Assembly (NCBI GenBank): GCA_000442015.1
Contig: KE561154.1
Location: forward strand, 1 to 64,000
From: Rozella allomycis CSF55
Lineage: Eukaryota
Length of the DNA stretch: 64,000 nt
Direction: 5' to 3'
Made by a program: the position numbers and the translations under genes. The first letter of the stretch is position 1, and every line of letters begins with the position of its first letter. Positions 25,230 through 37,830 of the stretch are shown here, piece by piece. The notes beneath the pieces were generated by a model that saw only the letters and a program-made list of their open reading frames with translations, was not told the origin of the DNA and did not search any database.

Positions 25230-25654
25230 ATGGAGGACGCTCTTTTGAACATAGAAAATACAATAGCCGCTTTAGAATCAGATTTAGAGTCTCTATTTTC
25301 TAAAAGATTGTCACAAAGTTTTCAAGATAATAATGTAGCCCCAGATAGTATAGATGCGAGTAAATTCCATGTTTCATTGACATATGCACTACATTCACTC
25401 TTCTATGGTAATTTATTTTCATTTATAAAACAGTCTATCTTCGGTTGGAAGGCCGTGAAGTGAAAGATCACTCTTTAATGCAAGAATTGGTAAACTTTAA
25501 TGTTAAACTTGTCAAGGAAAGAATAAAACAATATATCGCTAAAATAAAAGAGATTCAAAATCCATCTAAAAATACTGTAGAGCTAAACAAGGATGCTAGC
25601 AAAAGAGTTTTGAGAAACGCAATGTTTGATGTTAATGAATCTAGTAAATTATGA
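25230..25654 (+). CDS. LRP1: Exosome cofactor C1D/Rrp47 (Sas10/Utp3/C1D family)
   Basis: Spliced product reads SLTYALHSLFY|VYLRLEG....HSLMQEL|ERIKQYIAKIK...LNKDASKR. Confidence 0.82.
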
Positions 25655-25702
25655 ATGTTTATTTAAACAGAAAAATCTTATAGCAAAAAAGAATAAAACT
25701 TA

Positions 25703-26389
25703 TTATAGCATAAGATTCCATAAAGGATCATTCAGATAGCAAAATGTATCGATCCCTATACCCGAATTTACTTTTTTGCTATTTAATTTAAACATCGTTC
25801 CTTACATGTCGTCAGTCGAGAGTTTTAAAATACCGATTGCTAGTGGATGCTCTTTTCCTTCAGCATGGACAGCCTTTTGAAATTGGATTTGTTCAAATTA
25901 CCACAACTGTTCCTTCTGGCAGGTTTTCTTCCGGCAATGATCCGCCTTTAGAAGTTAATCCTGGGCACATAATGTTGGCTCCTGAGAGTACAAATTTGAT
26001 TGCACCACGATCGACAGTTACTTTTGGAAGCATCCCGGGATCTTTATTAAGCATTAAAATTTCCTTTACATTTATGCAAAACTTTTAAAGTAGGAATAAA
26101 TGGACTGTCCTCCGCTTGAGCAAACAAAATGCTGCTTCCATCAGCAGTCAAAAGGTTTATTTGACCACGACTTCTTTAATTCATAAATGAATATTTACCA
26201 TTTCACTTGCGTTAAATTTTGCTTTTTAGGTAAAATTTGGTCCAAAATTTCTTCTAAAATGTTAAAGTCTTCTTGAAGTCTGGAGCGGATTCCTCGTTGG
26301 ACACTGGCTTTAAGCTGGTTCTGACCACTCACTTGTTCTTTTCCCTTGAAACTGTTTGAAAAGTGTAGGGTCGTTTACTTTTTGAACAT
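25703..26389 (-). CDS. TMA20: Translation factor MCT-1/Tma20 (PUA domain), multi-exon
   Basis: MFKK|F....[43 protein letters not shown] and GIGID...YLNDPLW motifs. Confidence 0.92.
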
Positions 26390-26447
26390 TCTGAAATTTA
26401 CAAAATAGCTGTTGTTGCAGAATCACATTTACCTGCATCGAAAAATA

Positions 26448-26978
26448 ATGATGGCATTTAGAAATGATTCAGATCTTAATTCTTTATTATACGAAAGTCA
26501 ATACCTCTTGCGAGATACCACTCAAGACAGACTAATTGCCTTTGCTAATAGACTTTTGTACTCTAGACTTTACAAAAGAATCTATATTTCAATGGCGATT
26601 TTATCGTTTATATCAATTTTAACGAGTCTTTTTTCTGGTTGTGGATCGTCTTTATATCATATTCTAGAATACATTATAAACATTGCTATGATTCTTGAGG
26701 TCATGATTCGTCTTATTGCATTGCGCTCTCATTACTGGAAGTCTTGGAGTAACATATTTGATGTATTCTTGGCCTGTATTTGTTTTATCACTCTTTTCTA
26801 TTTGAGCGAAAATTGTGCGCAAAATTTATTTGAAGAAACAGCTGATACTATACTAATTTTGTTAAGAAATTTTCTTCAGTTTTCAAGGCTGGCTTCATTT
26901 ATGCGCAAGGAGGATCCGTTACGCAGAACACGAAATAATTTCATCGATCTCGAAGAAGCAACTCAATTAGCTTTTTAG
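26448..26978 (+). CDS. Stand-alone ion-channel voltage-sensor-like (S1-S4) membrane protein
   Basis: Four hydrophobic segments with LEVMIRLIA (S2), YWKSWSNIFD (S3 entry) and LLRNFLQFSRLASFMRK (S4-like). No pore segments before the stop. Confidence 0.7.
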   Translation: MMAFRNDSDLNSLLYESQYLLRDTTQDRLIAFANRLLYSRLYKRIYISMAILSFISILTSLFSGCGSSLYHILEYIINIAMILEVMIRLIALRSHYWKSWSNIFDVFLACICFITLFYLSENCAQNLFEETADTILILLRNFLQFSRLASFMRKEDPLRRTRNNFIDLEEATQLAF

Positions 26979-27054
26979 ATTTGAGTTAAAATAAAGCTAT
27001 TAAGACATCCATCGTTGTAAAATTGAATTAGTAATTTTGTACTTTTATTGTTTG

Positions 27055-28604
27055 CTATTCATTCAACTCTGTAGCTCCCAAACTTGTTGGACTCGAAATG
27101 ACACTTCCCTTAAGTAGAGATTGATTAGTTGCAAGAGTTTTAGCGAAAGCGGTCACCATAGAATGAAATGCAGATTGGATTTCAAATATTTCCTTTACAT
27201 TACTAGTGTTAACACTGTTATTTCGTCCCTTATAAACTGAAGAAAAGTGAAACTCTGTGAGCTGCTTTAAATCTGATGTGATTCGTTTGATGTCTCTGGA
27301 TATCCAATGCGAAAATACAAATCCCACCAAAATTGACAGACAGACTGTGATTGCGACACTTATCAAACTATCTACAGTTGCTTTATTAATTGTTATATAA
27401 ACACTCGACCTTTCTAAAAACTGAACTACAGTCCATTCAAAGTTTCGCCACTTTATCTTTTTCGTGGTAACGTAAAAGTAAGTGTTGCTCTTTACATCAA
27501 AGCATGTATCCGAGTAATCATCAGGTAAAGTAGTGAAATTGAAGCCTTTCGACTTAATTAGAGTATCGAATGATCCTATTTCAATATTTGATTTTTCTCT
27601 TGCAGTGAATGGCCTTGTTGATATATTGAGAATGGGATCTCTATAAAACATATCGGTATTATCGTGAGAAGTTCCAATTACAAATTCTGCCGATGATTCT
27701 ATTACATAAAGAACTGTTGGTTGCTTGACAGATCTAATACGGGCAGACAATATAGAGTTGATGAAATGAAGATCCATGTCAGTTGAACAAACACCTATAC
27801 ACTCAGAAGAATTATCATAGATTGGAACAGAATTTGTGAGCCAAGCTATCTCTTGCCAGACATATACTGTGGACCATGCTATATCTGCTTCGTTTGACTT
27901 GTTAACCATAAGTACCCAGGTACCATCGGTATAGTTTAATTGATTAGACTGATAATTAATATTTAAGATATTCAATTCTTTGTCTACGTCATATTCAGTG
28001 TAGTTTAATCCATAATGCTCCCACATTGAATACTTTCTACTTTTATAATCATTCCGCCTTTCTAAATAAGTATAAAATCCCCAAAGTTCACCGGCATTTG
28101 TTGTAAATGTTTGCGTTATTACATTTTCTACATTGAAAGAGAGTTGTGGAAATAGTTTCGTTAGCACTGATCGCTTATCGTTCATCCGAAAAATGCCGTG
28201 CCTCCAGTTGTATTGTTGAATTTTTGACAATTTTTCGGCGGTCACAATGTGATTTTCTATTGTTGTTATAGCGTGATCTAATAATTCACTTTGTAGTCCT
28301 TGTGCAAATGTAAATGCTGCAGTCTGTCCGCCCTGAAGAGTTAGATGCCAGGTTATAAAGCCAAGTGTCAAAAGAATCAAAAGCAAGAATAAATTGAAGA
28401 ATACGACTAAAGGGAGAACGACCTTCGGTCTGTTCAATTTTTTACTGCTCTCAGAAGGCTTCTTCTTTAATAAGGGATTAGGAGATTCTGTTCTATATTA
28501 ATTCCATTTTTACTTGGTGCATCTTTAGACGTTGACGGGATGCGGGTAAGTTTGGTGCCATTAGGGTACGGATTTAAGACATTTAAAGTATTTTGAGTTT
28601 CCAT
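27055..28604 (-). CDS. TM-dCache-like-TM-HAMP membrane sensor, paralog B (no output domain)
   Basis: Co-linear with paralog A (QTFTT..GELWGFYTY, MWEHYGLN.TEY.VDK, SVYKGRNNS). ATG at 28604 plus a 26-nt phase-1 intron restores the frame. Confidence 0.75.
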
Positions 28605-28900
28605 TAATTCTCCGATCTAATTTACCGAGTCAACTGTGAACTGTGCCAAAAATTGTAATGCCGCAAAATTCTCCAATGACTTAAAGGCACAACACATACT
28701 CTAAACTAAAAATGAATTAAAACTCCTAAAAGAGTATGAATTCGTCGTATTCTGCTGATATTGTTTGGTAACTTTTCAGAATTTTCGTATCTAATTGCAT
28801 TTGAAATGATAATAAAGCCCCATTCCCCAGAATTTGTCAATTCCAAAAAAATTGCCCAACAATCGTACGATCAAGTAAAATCAAATTCTTTCGTTTAGAC

Positions 28901-30417
28901 ATGGCGAAAAAGAAGAAGCAACAAAGAAAACGACAAATTTTGGTATTGATACTGCATTTTCTAAAAGAAAATGGGTAAGAAATAAAGAAAAAGTAAAATT
29001 AAGCTTCTATAAATCCGCAGAAATTGTTGAACAGGAATGTGAACTCAATGACACTGTTATTCCTGCTGACAACATTGACCTAATGTCTATTATCCAAGTA
29101 AATATATTTCTTCTACAAAACTATAGGAATTTGAAGATTATTATGTAATGCGATTTGACAAACCACCTAAGCTTGTGAGACATGGCGCCTTTTTGCCCAC
29201 CTTGCCTCCTATAAAGACATCAAAATTTCAAGAGCCTGTGAAGAGGGGTCAAAATGTACTTCCTGATAAAGAAAATGGAAAAAACTTAAAATTACGTTCA
29301 CTACCAAAAGAAAAACCGGTCGAAATAATTGGCACATCTATGGAAAACAACAAGTTGCCGGACATTGATGATCAAGATGGCAATAAACCAAATGAAAGCA
29401 CGATGTTGAAGCCTTTGCCATTCAATTTGGATATTCCCCAGATTCGAGATCTTGCTTTGTTTTTGCAAAGGTTGATAATTTTATTTGTTTGGATAGGGAT
29501 ATTATATTCCCTGATAAATTAATGAACGGAGATGAAATAATTGGATTGAAAAGACAAAAGGAAAGATTGATGGAATGTGTCAACATTGGAAACACAAAGA
29601 AAGATATTTTTACTGGAATCCTTAGCCTGCCAAAGTCAGTCTTGTTGTATGGACCTCCTGGAAATGGGAAGACACTATTATCTCATTATGTTTCGAAAGT
29701 TAAAGAAGTTCCTGTAATATGTACCAGTTCATCAACTTTAATAAGTAAATGGCGAGGGGAAAGTGAAAAAATGGTCAAAGTTCTTTTCAGTTTGGCTATG
29801 CATTACTCTCCTTGTGTAATATTTCTTGATGAAATTGATGTATTTAATTCTCCAATAGTCAATATAGTCACTATTAACCTCGAGATCATCAGAGAATCAA
29901 ATGAGTTCTGAAGTTGACAGTAACAGACGGGTGAAAACGGAAATGTTAATAGAAATGGACAAATTATTGAAGCAAGAAAATCTTGATGTATTTCTTATTG
30001 CAGCAACCAATCTTCCATGGGATTTGGATTCCGCAGCCTTAAGGAGATTTGAGCAAAGAATTTTTGTGAATAACCCAAGTGAATTAGAAAAATTGGAAAT
30101 AGTGGAGGCCTTTTTTGCAAGTTTAGACAAAAAGGTCGTTTGTGTGGATCCTGAAGTTATCGAGTTTTTAGTACACAACACACACGACTACTCTATTCAT
30201 GACATTAAACTACTAATAAAGGAAACAGGTAAATTATTCGAACCATAAACGAAAAGTTATGACCTCCTTAAGAATGCAGGAAGAAATCTCGATATCTAGT
30301 CGCAAGCCGGTAACAGTATCCGTTGACAATGCATCAACGGCATTAAGCATTGTAAGAAGATCATGTTCAGGAAAGCTTTTAAAAAGATATGAGCAATGGC
30401 AAGCTAATAAAATATAG
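28901..30417 (+). CDS. KATNAL2: Katanin p60 subunit A-like 2 (LisH + AAA ATPase)
   Basis: RKRQILVLILHFLKENG, ADNIDLMSIIQ|EFEDYY.MRF.K.PKL, GPPGNGKT, SKWRGESEK, LDEID and ATNLPWDLD motifs. Start uncertain. Confidence 0.88.
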
Positions 30418-30461
30418 ATTCAAATTTAGGAATACTTTATGCGTATATATTTAACATAACT

Positions 30462-31457
30462 TCATTTTGTTAGTGCTTGTATAATTCTTTCATAAAGTAC
30501 GAATGTGATACATGTGGCCGGTAAAACTCGCAAAATACCGGGTGCTAGACCTTTAAAGAAGCCTAGAAGACCCTCCTTTCTAATTTTATATTAATCGAAA
30601 ATGTACGAGTAAATATTATATGCAACAGTCATAATTCTAGCTTCATTATCTATTCTATTCTGTTAATTCATATATTACATTTGTACCTGTATTCTAGAAC
30701 GAATCACCTGATATGGGTACGTTGTACTGCTGGCAGTGATTTTTGAAATTAAAGACATAACCATGACTTCTATAGTATCCTATAAATTATTAACCAAAAT
30801 GACATACAGGAGTTTCAGTTTGTCTCAGCTTTTTTCTCATTTTTTTAAGATTCTCGTAGACCATAAAATGAACTGCTCCATGTGAGACACCCAAAAGCCC
30901 AGCAAGAAAACCCCGATAAAAACCTCGCACTCCTTCTTCAACAAAAATTCTTCTAAATGCATCTAATATTTGTATTAAGAATCTTGTACCTAAAGTCGAC
31001 TTGTAACTATTTGGATTATTGTAATCTTGTCCACATACTCTTGTTTTGACCATCCAAAAGGGGTTCGTAATTGATGCCGTACATGTCCCTTTAAATATTG
31101 TAGAAATTTTCTTGTACCAGCGACTGCTGAACAAAATAAATAGTCAATTGATGATAATTGCCCTCTGTAATTTGAGACTTGTTTTTTCAGGTATTCATAT
31201 CCCAAAAAATAAAGTCCCCATGAAAATGTTGATCCCATAATGTTTGCGGGAAGCCCTCGGTAAAGACCATTAATAATTCCATTCTGCATATAGATATTTT
31301 TGATGTTATTTCTTATTCCAGTATTTCTAGTCTTTTCGTTAACTATGGAACGCGGAAAGTATTATTTACGTTGATATCTTGTTTTCAACAAATCTAATGG
31401 ATGCAAAATTAAAGTTGCAGTCCCACCAGAAATGACTCCAGCTAAAAATTGCTCCAT
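30462..31457 (-). CDS. FLX1: Mitochondrial folate/FAD carrier (SLC25A32/Flx1-like)
   Basis: [50 protein letters not shown] and [11 protein letters not shown] motifs. Confidence 0.88.
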
Positions 31458-31606
31458 TTGGAAATTTCAGGACAATCGCTTCGCATTTTAAGTTATTGCC
31501 TGGAAAGTATCATAATCTATTTTTAGAGCTATTCTGGAAAATTCGAAGATTTTCTAGATCAAAACCTTGTCGATGTATATAATCAATCAAAATTGGCACC
31601 CTTGAT

Positions 31607-32185
31607 ATGAGCTCTGAAACAAATCTTGCTGGTACTGCGTTTCCCTATCACTATCCAATTTACTATTCCGTGTTTACAATCCCTCTCGTCTCAATTCCGC
31701 ATTCAGAATCATCCCAGCAAAACGCACAACCAGAAAATGTGCCTTTAACTCAAACACACAATGAAAGAGACTCTGGAAATGAACACACATTAGAATCTAA
31801 TCAAACAAACTCTGGAAGCCACCAACCACCAATGAATGTTTTTATTCAGTTTTTAACTCCTATACTCTACCCTAGTCCAGAGTTTCTACAAGGTGATTAT
31901 GAAACTCTTTTGCAGTTGCAAGAAATTCTGGGTGGAAATGTTAAAAAGGCTGCCTCTAAAAAAGGGATAGATGCTGAAACGACATTGGAAATATTCGACT
32001 CAGAAAAGCATTGTTCTCATGATTGTTCTATATGTCTTAATGAATACTCCGAGAATGACAATTTGAGAAGTATGAATGCATGCGGGCATGCATTTCATAA
32101 AGATTGCTTAGACAACTGGCTCACACAGTATAATAACTCATGTCCCCTTTGCAGAACTGAAATCACGTCCAGTGTTTTTCAATAA
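31607..32185 (+). CDS. RING-H2 E3 ubiquitin ligase
   Basis: YETLLQLQEILG motif and CSICLNEY...CGHAFHKDCLDNWL....CPLCR. Confidence 0.9.
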   Translation: MSSETNLAGTAFPYHYPIYYSVFTIPLVSIPHSESSQQNAQPENVPLTQTHNERDSGNEHTLESNQTNSGSHQPPMNVFIQFLTPILYPSPEFLQGDYETLLQLQEILGGNVKKAASKKGIDAETTLEIFDSEKHCSHDCSICLNEYSENDNLRSMNACGHAFHKDCLDNWLTQYNNSCPLCRTEITSSVFQ

Positions 32186-32469
32186 TTTGCGTTATTTTAT
32201 TCCCCGTATTTGCATTGTAAATATTAACCCAAATAAACTATTTAACATTATGAAGATAGGCATTAGCTTTTACCGCCGTTTAAAAGCTATAAAATATTTG
32301 ATTGCAAGTTGCAATTGGTTTCAGTTGAATTAAGCAATTCATGGATTCCTTTTGTTCGTCTTATTTTCAAAGATGATAATCGTTCACTTGTGAATGAATT
32401 CAAAAGAGATTATTGAAAATGAACACCTTAAGAACGAACTCTTGAATATATTTCTTTATGTAACTAGGC

Positions 32470-33477
32470 ATGACATTTGTTGCATGGATATACCGCCTTA
32501 TTGGCGTGGTTAGCACTATACTAGATATTATTTGCGTTCATAGATGTTATACGAAGATTAAAGTCAGCAATCAATGGATAATTCGCATAAATGCGATATT
32601 TTTCACATTGTGCGCCATTTACTTTGCGATAGAGGTTTCATTAAGCTCTTTGTTAGAATACATAATAGTTTCGGATGACCCTAGTTCAAATTATTCATCT
32701 ATTCACATAGCTTTATTTTTGGATTCATGTGATACTTTGGTTGGCGTCAATTTGGCCGCAACTGTCACGGCGTATGTTTGCATGGTCTGGTCCAAAATTG
32801 CATTCGTTACTACTCCTTTCTTAAAAAAAATATTCCAAAGACTGGAAAATATGAAATTTGTAGGTGTTTTAGCTATGATCATGACTATCGTTAACATTGT
32901 AAATCTAATGTTTATGGCGATTCGGCCAGATTATATTGCAATTTTGGCTTATTCACAGCTATCAATAATGATTACAAGTTTTTTGATTTTATTGTTCATT
33001 CTGAATTTCGCTGTCTACTATGTCATCAAGTCGAAATTGTTAAATCAAGATTCCAAGGCGTCAACTTTTGGTCTGTTGAAATTAATATTACTGACGATTA
33101 TATCTCTTATCGTAATTTTTCTAACTGTTTGGGAACAATTGAGCGACTTCAAAAAGGACAAAATCATTGACGACCAATTTGCATATTTGGTGCAACTAAA
33201 TAGTGTAACAAATGAAAATTTTGGCTACTTGCACGCGATCGCTCTTTGTGGTGCAGTTTACGCTGTTGTATACTTAAGTGACATGCTAAGTATTAAGAAA
33301 ACGTCACCTCCAGATAACAAATATGTGGAAACAGAAAAGGAAACTCAAAAGTCTCGTACACTTGAAAGCTTGACGAGCAGAAATAAGTCTGTCCATATTT
33401 TAGATTCCAAGACATCGAAACAGATTCTGGAGAGTAGAAAAATGTCAAGAGTTTCGAACATTAATGTGTCTAGTTGA
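32470..33477 (+). CDS. Orphan 7TM (GPCR-like) membrane protein
   Basis: Seven hydrophobic segments and a Ser/Thr/Lys-rich C-terminal tail; intronless. Confidence 0.65.
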   Translation: MTFVAWIYRLIGVVSTILDIICVHRCYTKIKVSNQWIIRINAIFFTLCAIYFAIEVSLSSLLEYIIVSDDPSSNYSSIHIALFLDSCDTLVGVNLAATVTAYVCMVWSKIAFVTTPFLKKIFQRLENMKFVGVLAMIMTIVNIVNLMFMAIRPDYIAILAYSQLSIMITSFLILLFILNFAVYYVIKSKLLNQDSKASTFGLLKLILLTIISLIVIFLTVWEQLSDFKKDKIIDDQFAYLVQLNSVTNENFGYLHAIALCGAVYAVVYLSDMLSIKKTSPPDNKYVETEKETQKSRTLESLTSRNKSVHILDSKTSKQILESRKMSRVSNINVSS

Positions 33478-33613
33478 TTGATACAATAAAACGAAAAGTA
33501 GAAGTAGAATGCCATGTATATTTTAATTAATAAAGATAAAGATTTTTAGTTTCATGTTTTGGTCAAGTCACACGCGCTTAATCTTTTTCATGACAGTTTG
33601 ATAAATTTCACAA

Positions 33614-36501
33614 ATGGACATTGAAAAACTTTTAAATGCAGGACGAAAGCTCCCACTTTCTGTTTATGAAAAAAAATTATATCCACGTTTTGAATCGTGT
33701 AAAACAGATGCCGACTATAAGGATTTTTTTAGCACACTGCAAAAGGTCATGGTGACACAAAGACCTTTTGTTTTGGAGTCATGGTGTGAATTTTTGTCAA
33801 AAGTTATTTGTGATCATGATAAATATTCTGAAGATCTAATAAAGTATCATCTTAGAAGAATAGTTCCAGATTTTCCTGACCGGAAGGTAATAATTTGTTG
33901 GATTTGAGAGGAGATATTTGAAAGCTTTATTGATCATATTTTGGCAGCGTTGGCTAAAAAGAAGAATGTTTTGTGCGAGAAAAGTGTTAGGAGTTTGATA
34001 ACAACATGTCTATTTCCAAAAGAACACATGTCTGATTTTGAATCAATTTTACCAAAAGTTGAAGATCTGCAAGGAATATCTAGTTTGAATTTTTCTGCGA
34101 ATAAGACATATCAAACTCGCTTAATTGAGAAACTTGACTCCTTAGATATATCAAGTCTTGTCGTAGAAATATTCGACTCATTTTGTTCACAAACCGAATC
34201 TATTGAGTTGTGTATAAAGTTCTTTGCAATAGTTTACGTTAAACTGTTGAATAATAAATCTAAAACCACTTTTCAATATTTGCATGGACTGTTGATGATT
34301 TTGGAACGAAAACAAGTTCATAGAAAGCATATTGAAATATTTGAACAAATTTGGAATGATGTTAAACCCTTGATGCATGAATTTAAAGCGATAAGTTCCA
34401 ATGTATTGCCTTTGATTATTAAAATACATCCAGCGATAGCAAACGATTGCTTGGAAGAACTAATTGAATATTCTATTACAAATTCACAAGATTTGTTTAA
34501 AAGTCTAGTTGAGGCTTATTCTTCTTCTAGAAAATTTGATGAGTTTCTTCTAGTTTTGATGCCAATTGCCAATTCATGGGATTGTGAATTTCCTAGTTTT
34601 GTATTTTCATTGTAAGAATATTTTGACTACTGTTATATAGGATTGGACACGTCATTAGTGAAATGAATCTTCAAATGTTCAATTTAGTTTACAAGGCGTT
34701 GAAAACGTTTCTTCCAGAGCCAAGTGCAAAAAGATTAGATTTTGAGATCCACATAAATCTAATGAAAGTGTTTTATATTCTTATTTGTAGAAATCGTTTT
34801 TCTAATGAAATTGAATCGTTAGACGAACAAATTGTGTTTCTATTGAATTATAAAATGAATGAAAGATCTTTGTATTATTTAAAGCTTGTTGCTATAATTA
34901 TTGTTAAAAGAATGAGAAGGTGGAATTTGTTGAAAAAGTTTTGTAAGATTCCAGGTGATGATATTGCGACTCTTGAATTGAAGTTTTTACGATCTGTTAA
35001 AAAAGATAAAATAAATAAGTGGGTAAAAAAGTGTGGCAATAAAAGAGATTTGATTTTGATGTTTCTGAAATATCCAAAATATTTCCAGGGTATTGAAGTT
35101 CCTTTAGATGATCAAAATCTATTAAACAATTTAAATCACAGCCAAGTTTATGAAGTTAAATTATTTAATCCTCAAACATTAAATTTTGTTATCTCAACAA
35201 ATCCAGAATTCATTTTCTATTTTCCAAAGGAAATTATTTTAGAACATGTTGAACAAATAGAAAATTCATTGGAATCAATTTCTGAAGATAAAAAATGGAA
35301 AATATTATCAAATCTTTTATTAATTTGCCCTGAAATTTGTAAAAGTCTTCGCTTATCTAAAATTCTCAATTCAAGAGAATTTTCTGATTTTTGGTTTGAT
35401 GTTTTAAAATCATTTATAAGCTTTAGAGCTCATTCAGTTCCAAAATCTGATAGGAAACAATTAAATTTGACAATTAGAGATTGGATTGAAAATGAATCCA
35501 TTCAACATCTAGTCTCAATCATCAAATTAGATTTACAACATGGAATTGGTCTAGAATATCCTTCTAATGTAAATGAATTGATGAAAAATAGAGAAATTTA
35601 TTTTCTTTTAAAATTGCTACGAGGCGCAGGTAATCTTTTTTCATTTTCACAATCTTTAGATTTATCTATCTTAATTGACGAATTCAAATGTGAAGAATTT
35701 TTCATACCTTGTGTTTGTATTCATTTATGTCAAAGATTATCGCTTGAACAAAATTTTCAATTCATGAACATTTTAGCATTAGAAAAGAATTCTCCAATTG
35801 AATTGTTTAAACATTTTGTTATTCGATCAATTTATCCAAATGAAATCTTTAAATTTGTTTTTGAAAAAGCTATCATTCAAAATGCAAAGGAATTTCTTCC
35901 TTTTGTTGATTGTTTTGATAAAGTTAATCTCAATCTAGACCCTGGTGACTTTGATTTGAATCATCTTTTAAACTCCAATCTCAACGTTAAACAACTTTTA
36001 TTGTTTCTTCAGCATTTCATCCATTTCTCAGAAAAGATTGAAAGTTGTTTAAAAGTCTTATTCCACGCTACTCTTGCCAATGAATTGTGCAACAAGGACA
36101 AGGAAAATATCATCATGTTAACCTTTAGACTTACAAAAGCTACGACAAACTTTAAGTCTACTGCATCCCTCTTTATCGAACTTTTTGTCTCGCTTTTACC
36201 GCTTTGCTTTGGCTCCGATGATGCTGCTAGCTTATTCAGAAGGTTAATGGATTTTGTTTCACAATTGAAAATATTTCCTCACAAGCTTTTATTACCAATT
36301 CTTGATTCTTATTTATCTCAGGTACTTCATTTTAAAATTAATTCTCCATTTCTGGAAGAGGCAATGTACCACGTTTTAAAGGTTATACCTTCGGATGACG
36401 CAAATTCTCTACTGATGACAGTTTCTGCTCCCAAAAAGGCTTTAATGAAACAGTTAAACACAAACTATGAAGAAAAGTTTAAATTTAAAGGCAAATATTA
36501 A
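33614..36501 (+). CDS. URB2: Nucleolar pre-60S factor Urb2/Npa2-like
   Basis: Long Leu-rich helical protein in three exons, ending KALMKQLNTNYEEKFKFKGKY, which resembles the Urb2 C-terminal signature. Confidence 0.7.
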
Positions 36502-36551
36502 TAAAGAAGGTTTTTTATATATTGTTTTTTTAAGTGGCTCAGCAGGTAATA

Positions 36552-37723
36552 ATGCACCACTACCACGCCCAAAAGAGGAAAAACAGGATTTTGCACATTT
36601 TGTCCGCTCTTTTGGTCTGATATGTGTTTTATGCATTGTTCTTTATTTTACTCGAAGCACTACGTACACAGAGTCCCTGTACAAGGCGCTACCAGTAGAA
36701 CCGCTCAAATTCGATCCTGACATTCCCGCCCTTGCTTTTCTTCTCATGGCACACAACAAAGTCACGCTAGATGGTCTCCTAATCTCTCTAAGTAATATCT
36801 ATTCCACCAAACACTTGTACGTTTTTCATTTAGACGCGAAAATCCCAGAAGAAGACGTTGAAGAATTTATGGGAAGCTTAAATATTGTAACCAAAGCATA
36901 CAATGACAATATCATTTTCGCTCCTAGAATAAATGTCACGTGGGCTACATTCTCAATCATCGAGGCAGAACTAAACATGCTACATGCAGCGTATTCATGG
37001 AGCACAGATAAATCACAAAAAGAAAAATGGCAGCATGCAATTTTACTTTGTGGAAGCACAATTCCCGTCCACTCTCTCAGATACATTGAACAAAAGTTCA
37101 AATTTTTTGGTCCAGATCCTAACATTGTTTTTGACTCTCATGGCTTTGAAAAATCGTGTAAATATGATGAGAAACCAAATCACATTTGTAAAAGAACCTT
37201 TGCTCGTTGCGCAAATCCGGAATGCACTTCAATGATTCATTCGTACAATGGCGGTGTTATTTACAAAGGCCCCCAATGGGTGGTTCTAAGTAGAAATTTT
37301 GTAGAATTTATGTATACGGAAGGAAATGAATATTTTCGTGGCTGGGAAACCTATTTTAAAGAAAAAACTCCAATTCACAATTTTGCGGACGAATCCTTTT
37401 TCCAAACCCTTGTAATGAACTCCAGATTTAAAGACACGGCAAGGATTGGGGACATGCCACATAACGCAACTGATAAAGTTAAATTCATTGATTATTATCT
37501 CTATAAGAAATGGGATGTCAAGAATTGCAAAACAAACCCGAAAATTTACACGGGTGATGATGTTAGATATTTTGGTTCTCCTTGTGAAATTGGGCTTGAT
37601 GATTGGTCAGATTCATGGCTGAATTTCATGTTCCTCCGTAAAGTGGTCACAGGCAAGGATGCAGGCTTGGTTAGTATGATCGCGCATAATATATGGAATG
37701 TAGAAATGGGTCTTCGGTATTAA
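36552..37723 (+). CDS. Glycosyltransferase family 14 (core-2/I-branching, Branch domain)
   Basis: LAFLLMAH, YVFHLDAK, VTWATFSIIEAEL, LLCGSTIP, YKGPQWVVLSR.F and DESFFQT motifs. The 5' end needs a 1-nt indel (see findings). Confidence 0.85.
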
Positions 37724-37830
37724 TTGAAATGTAAATATTAAATAAATATTTATTTATGAAATTTTTTCAAAGTCTCTACTTCTAGACAAGTCAAATGTTT
37801 CTATTTTGATATCAATTTTGGCGCCAAATT

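Noticed and set aside
36467-36551. Overlap of the GT14 ORF start with the URB2 end
   Set aside because: Better explained by ATG 36552 plus a 1-nt indel.
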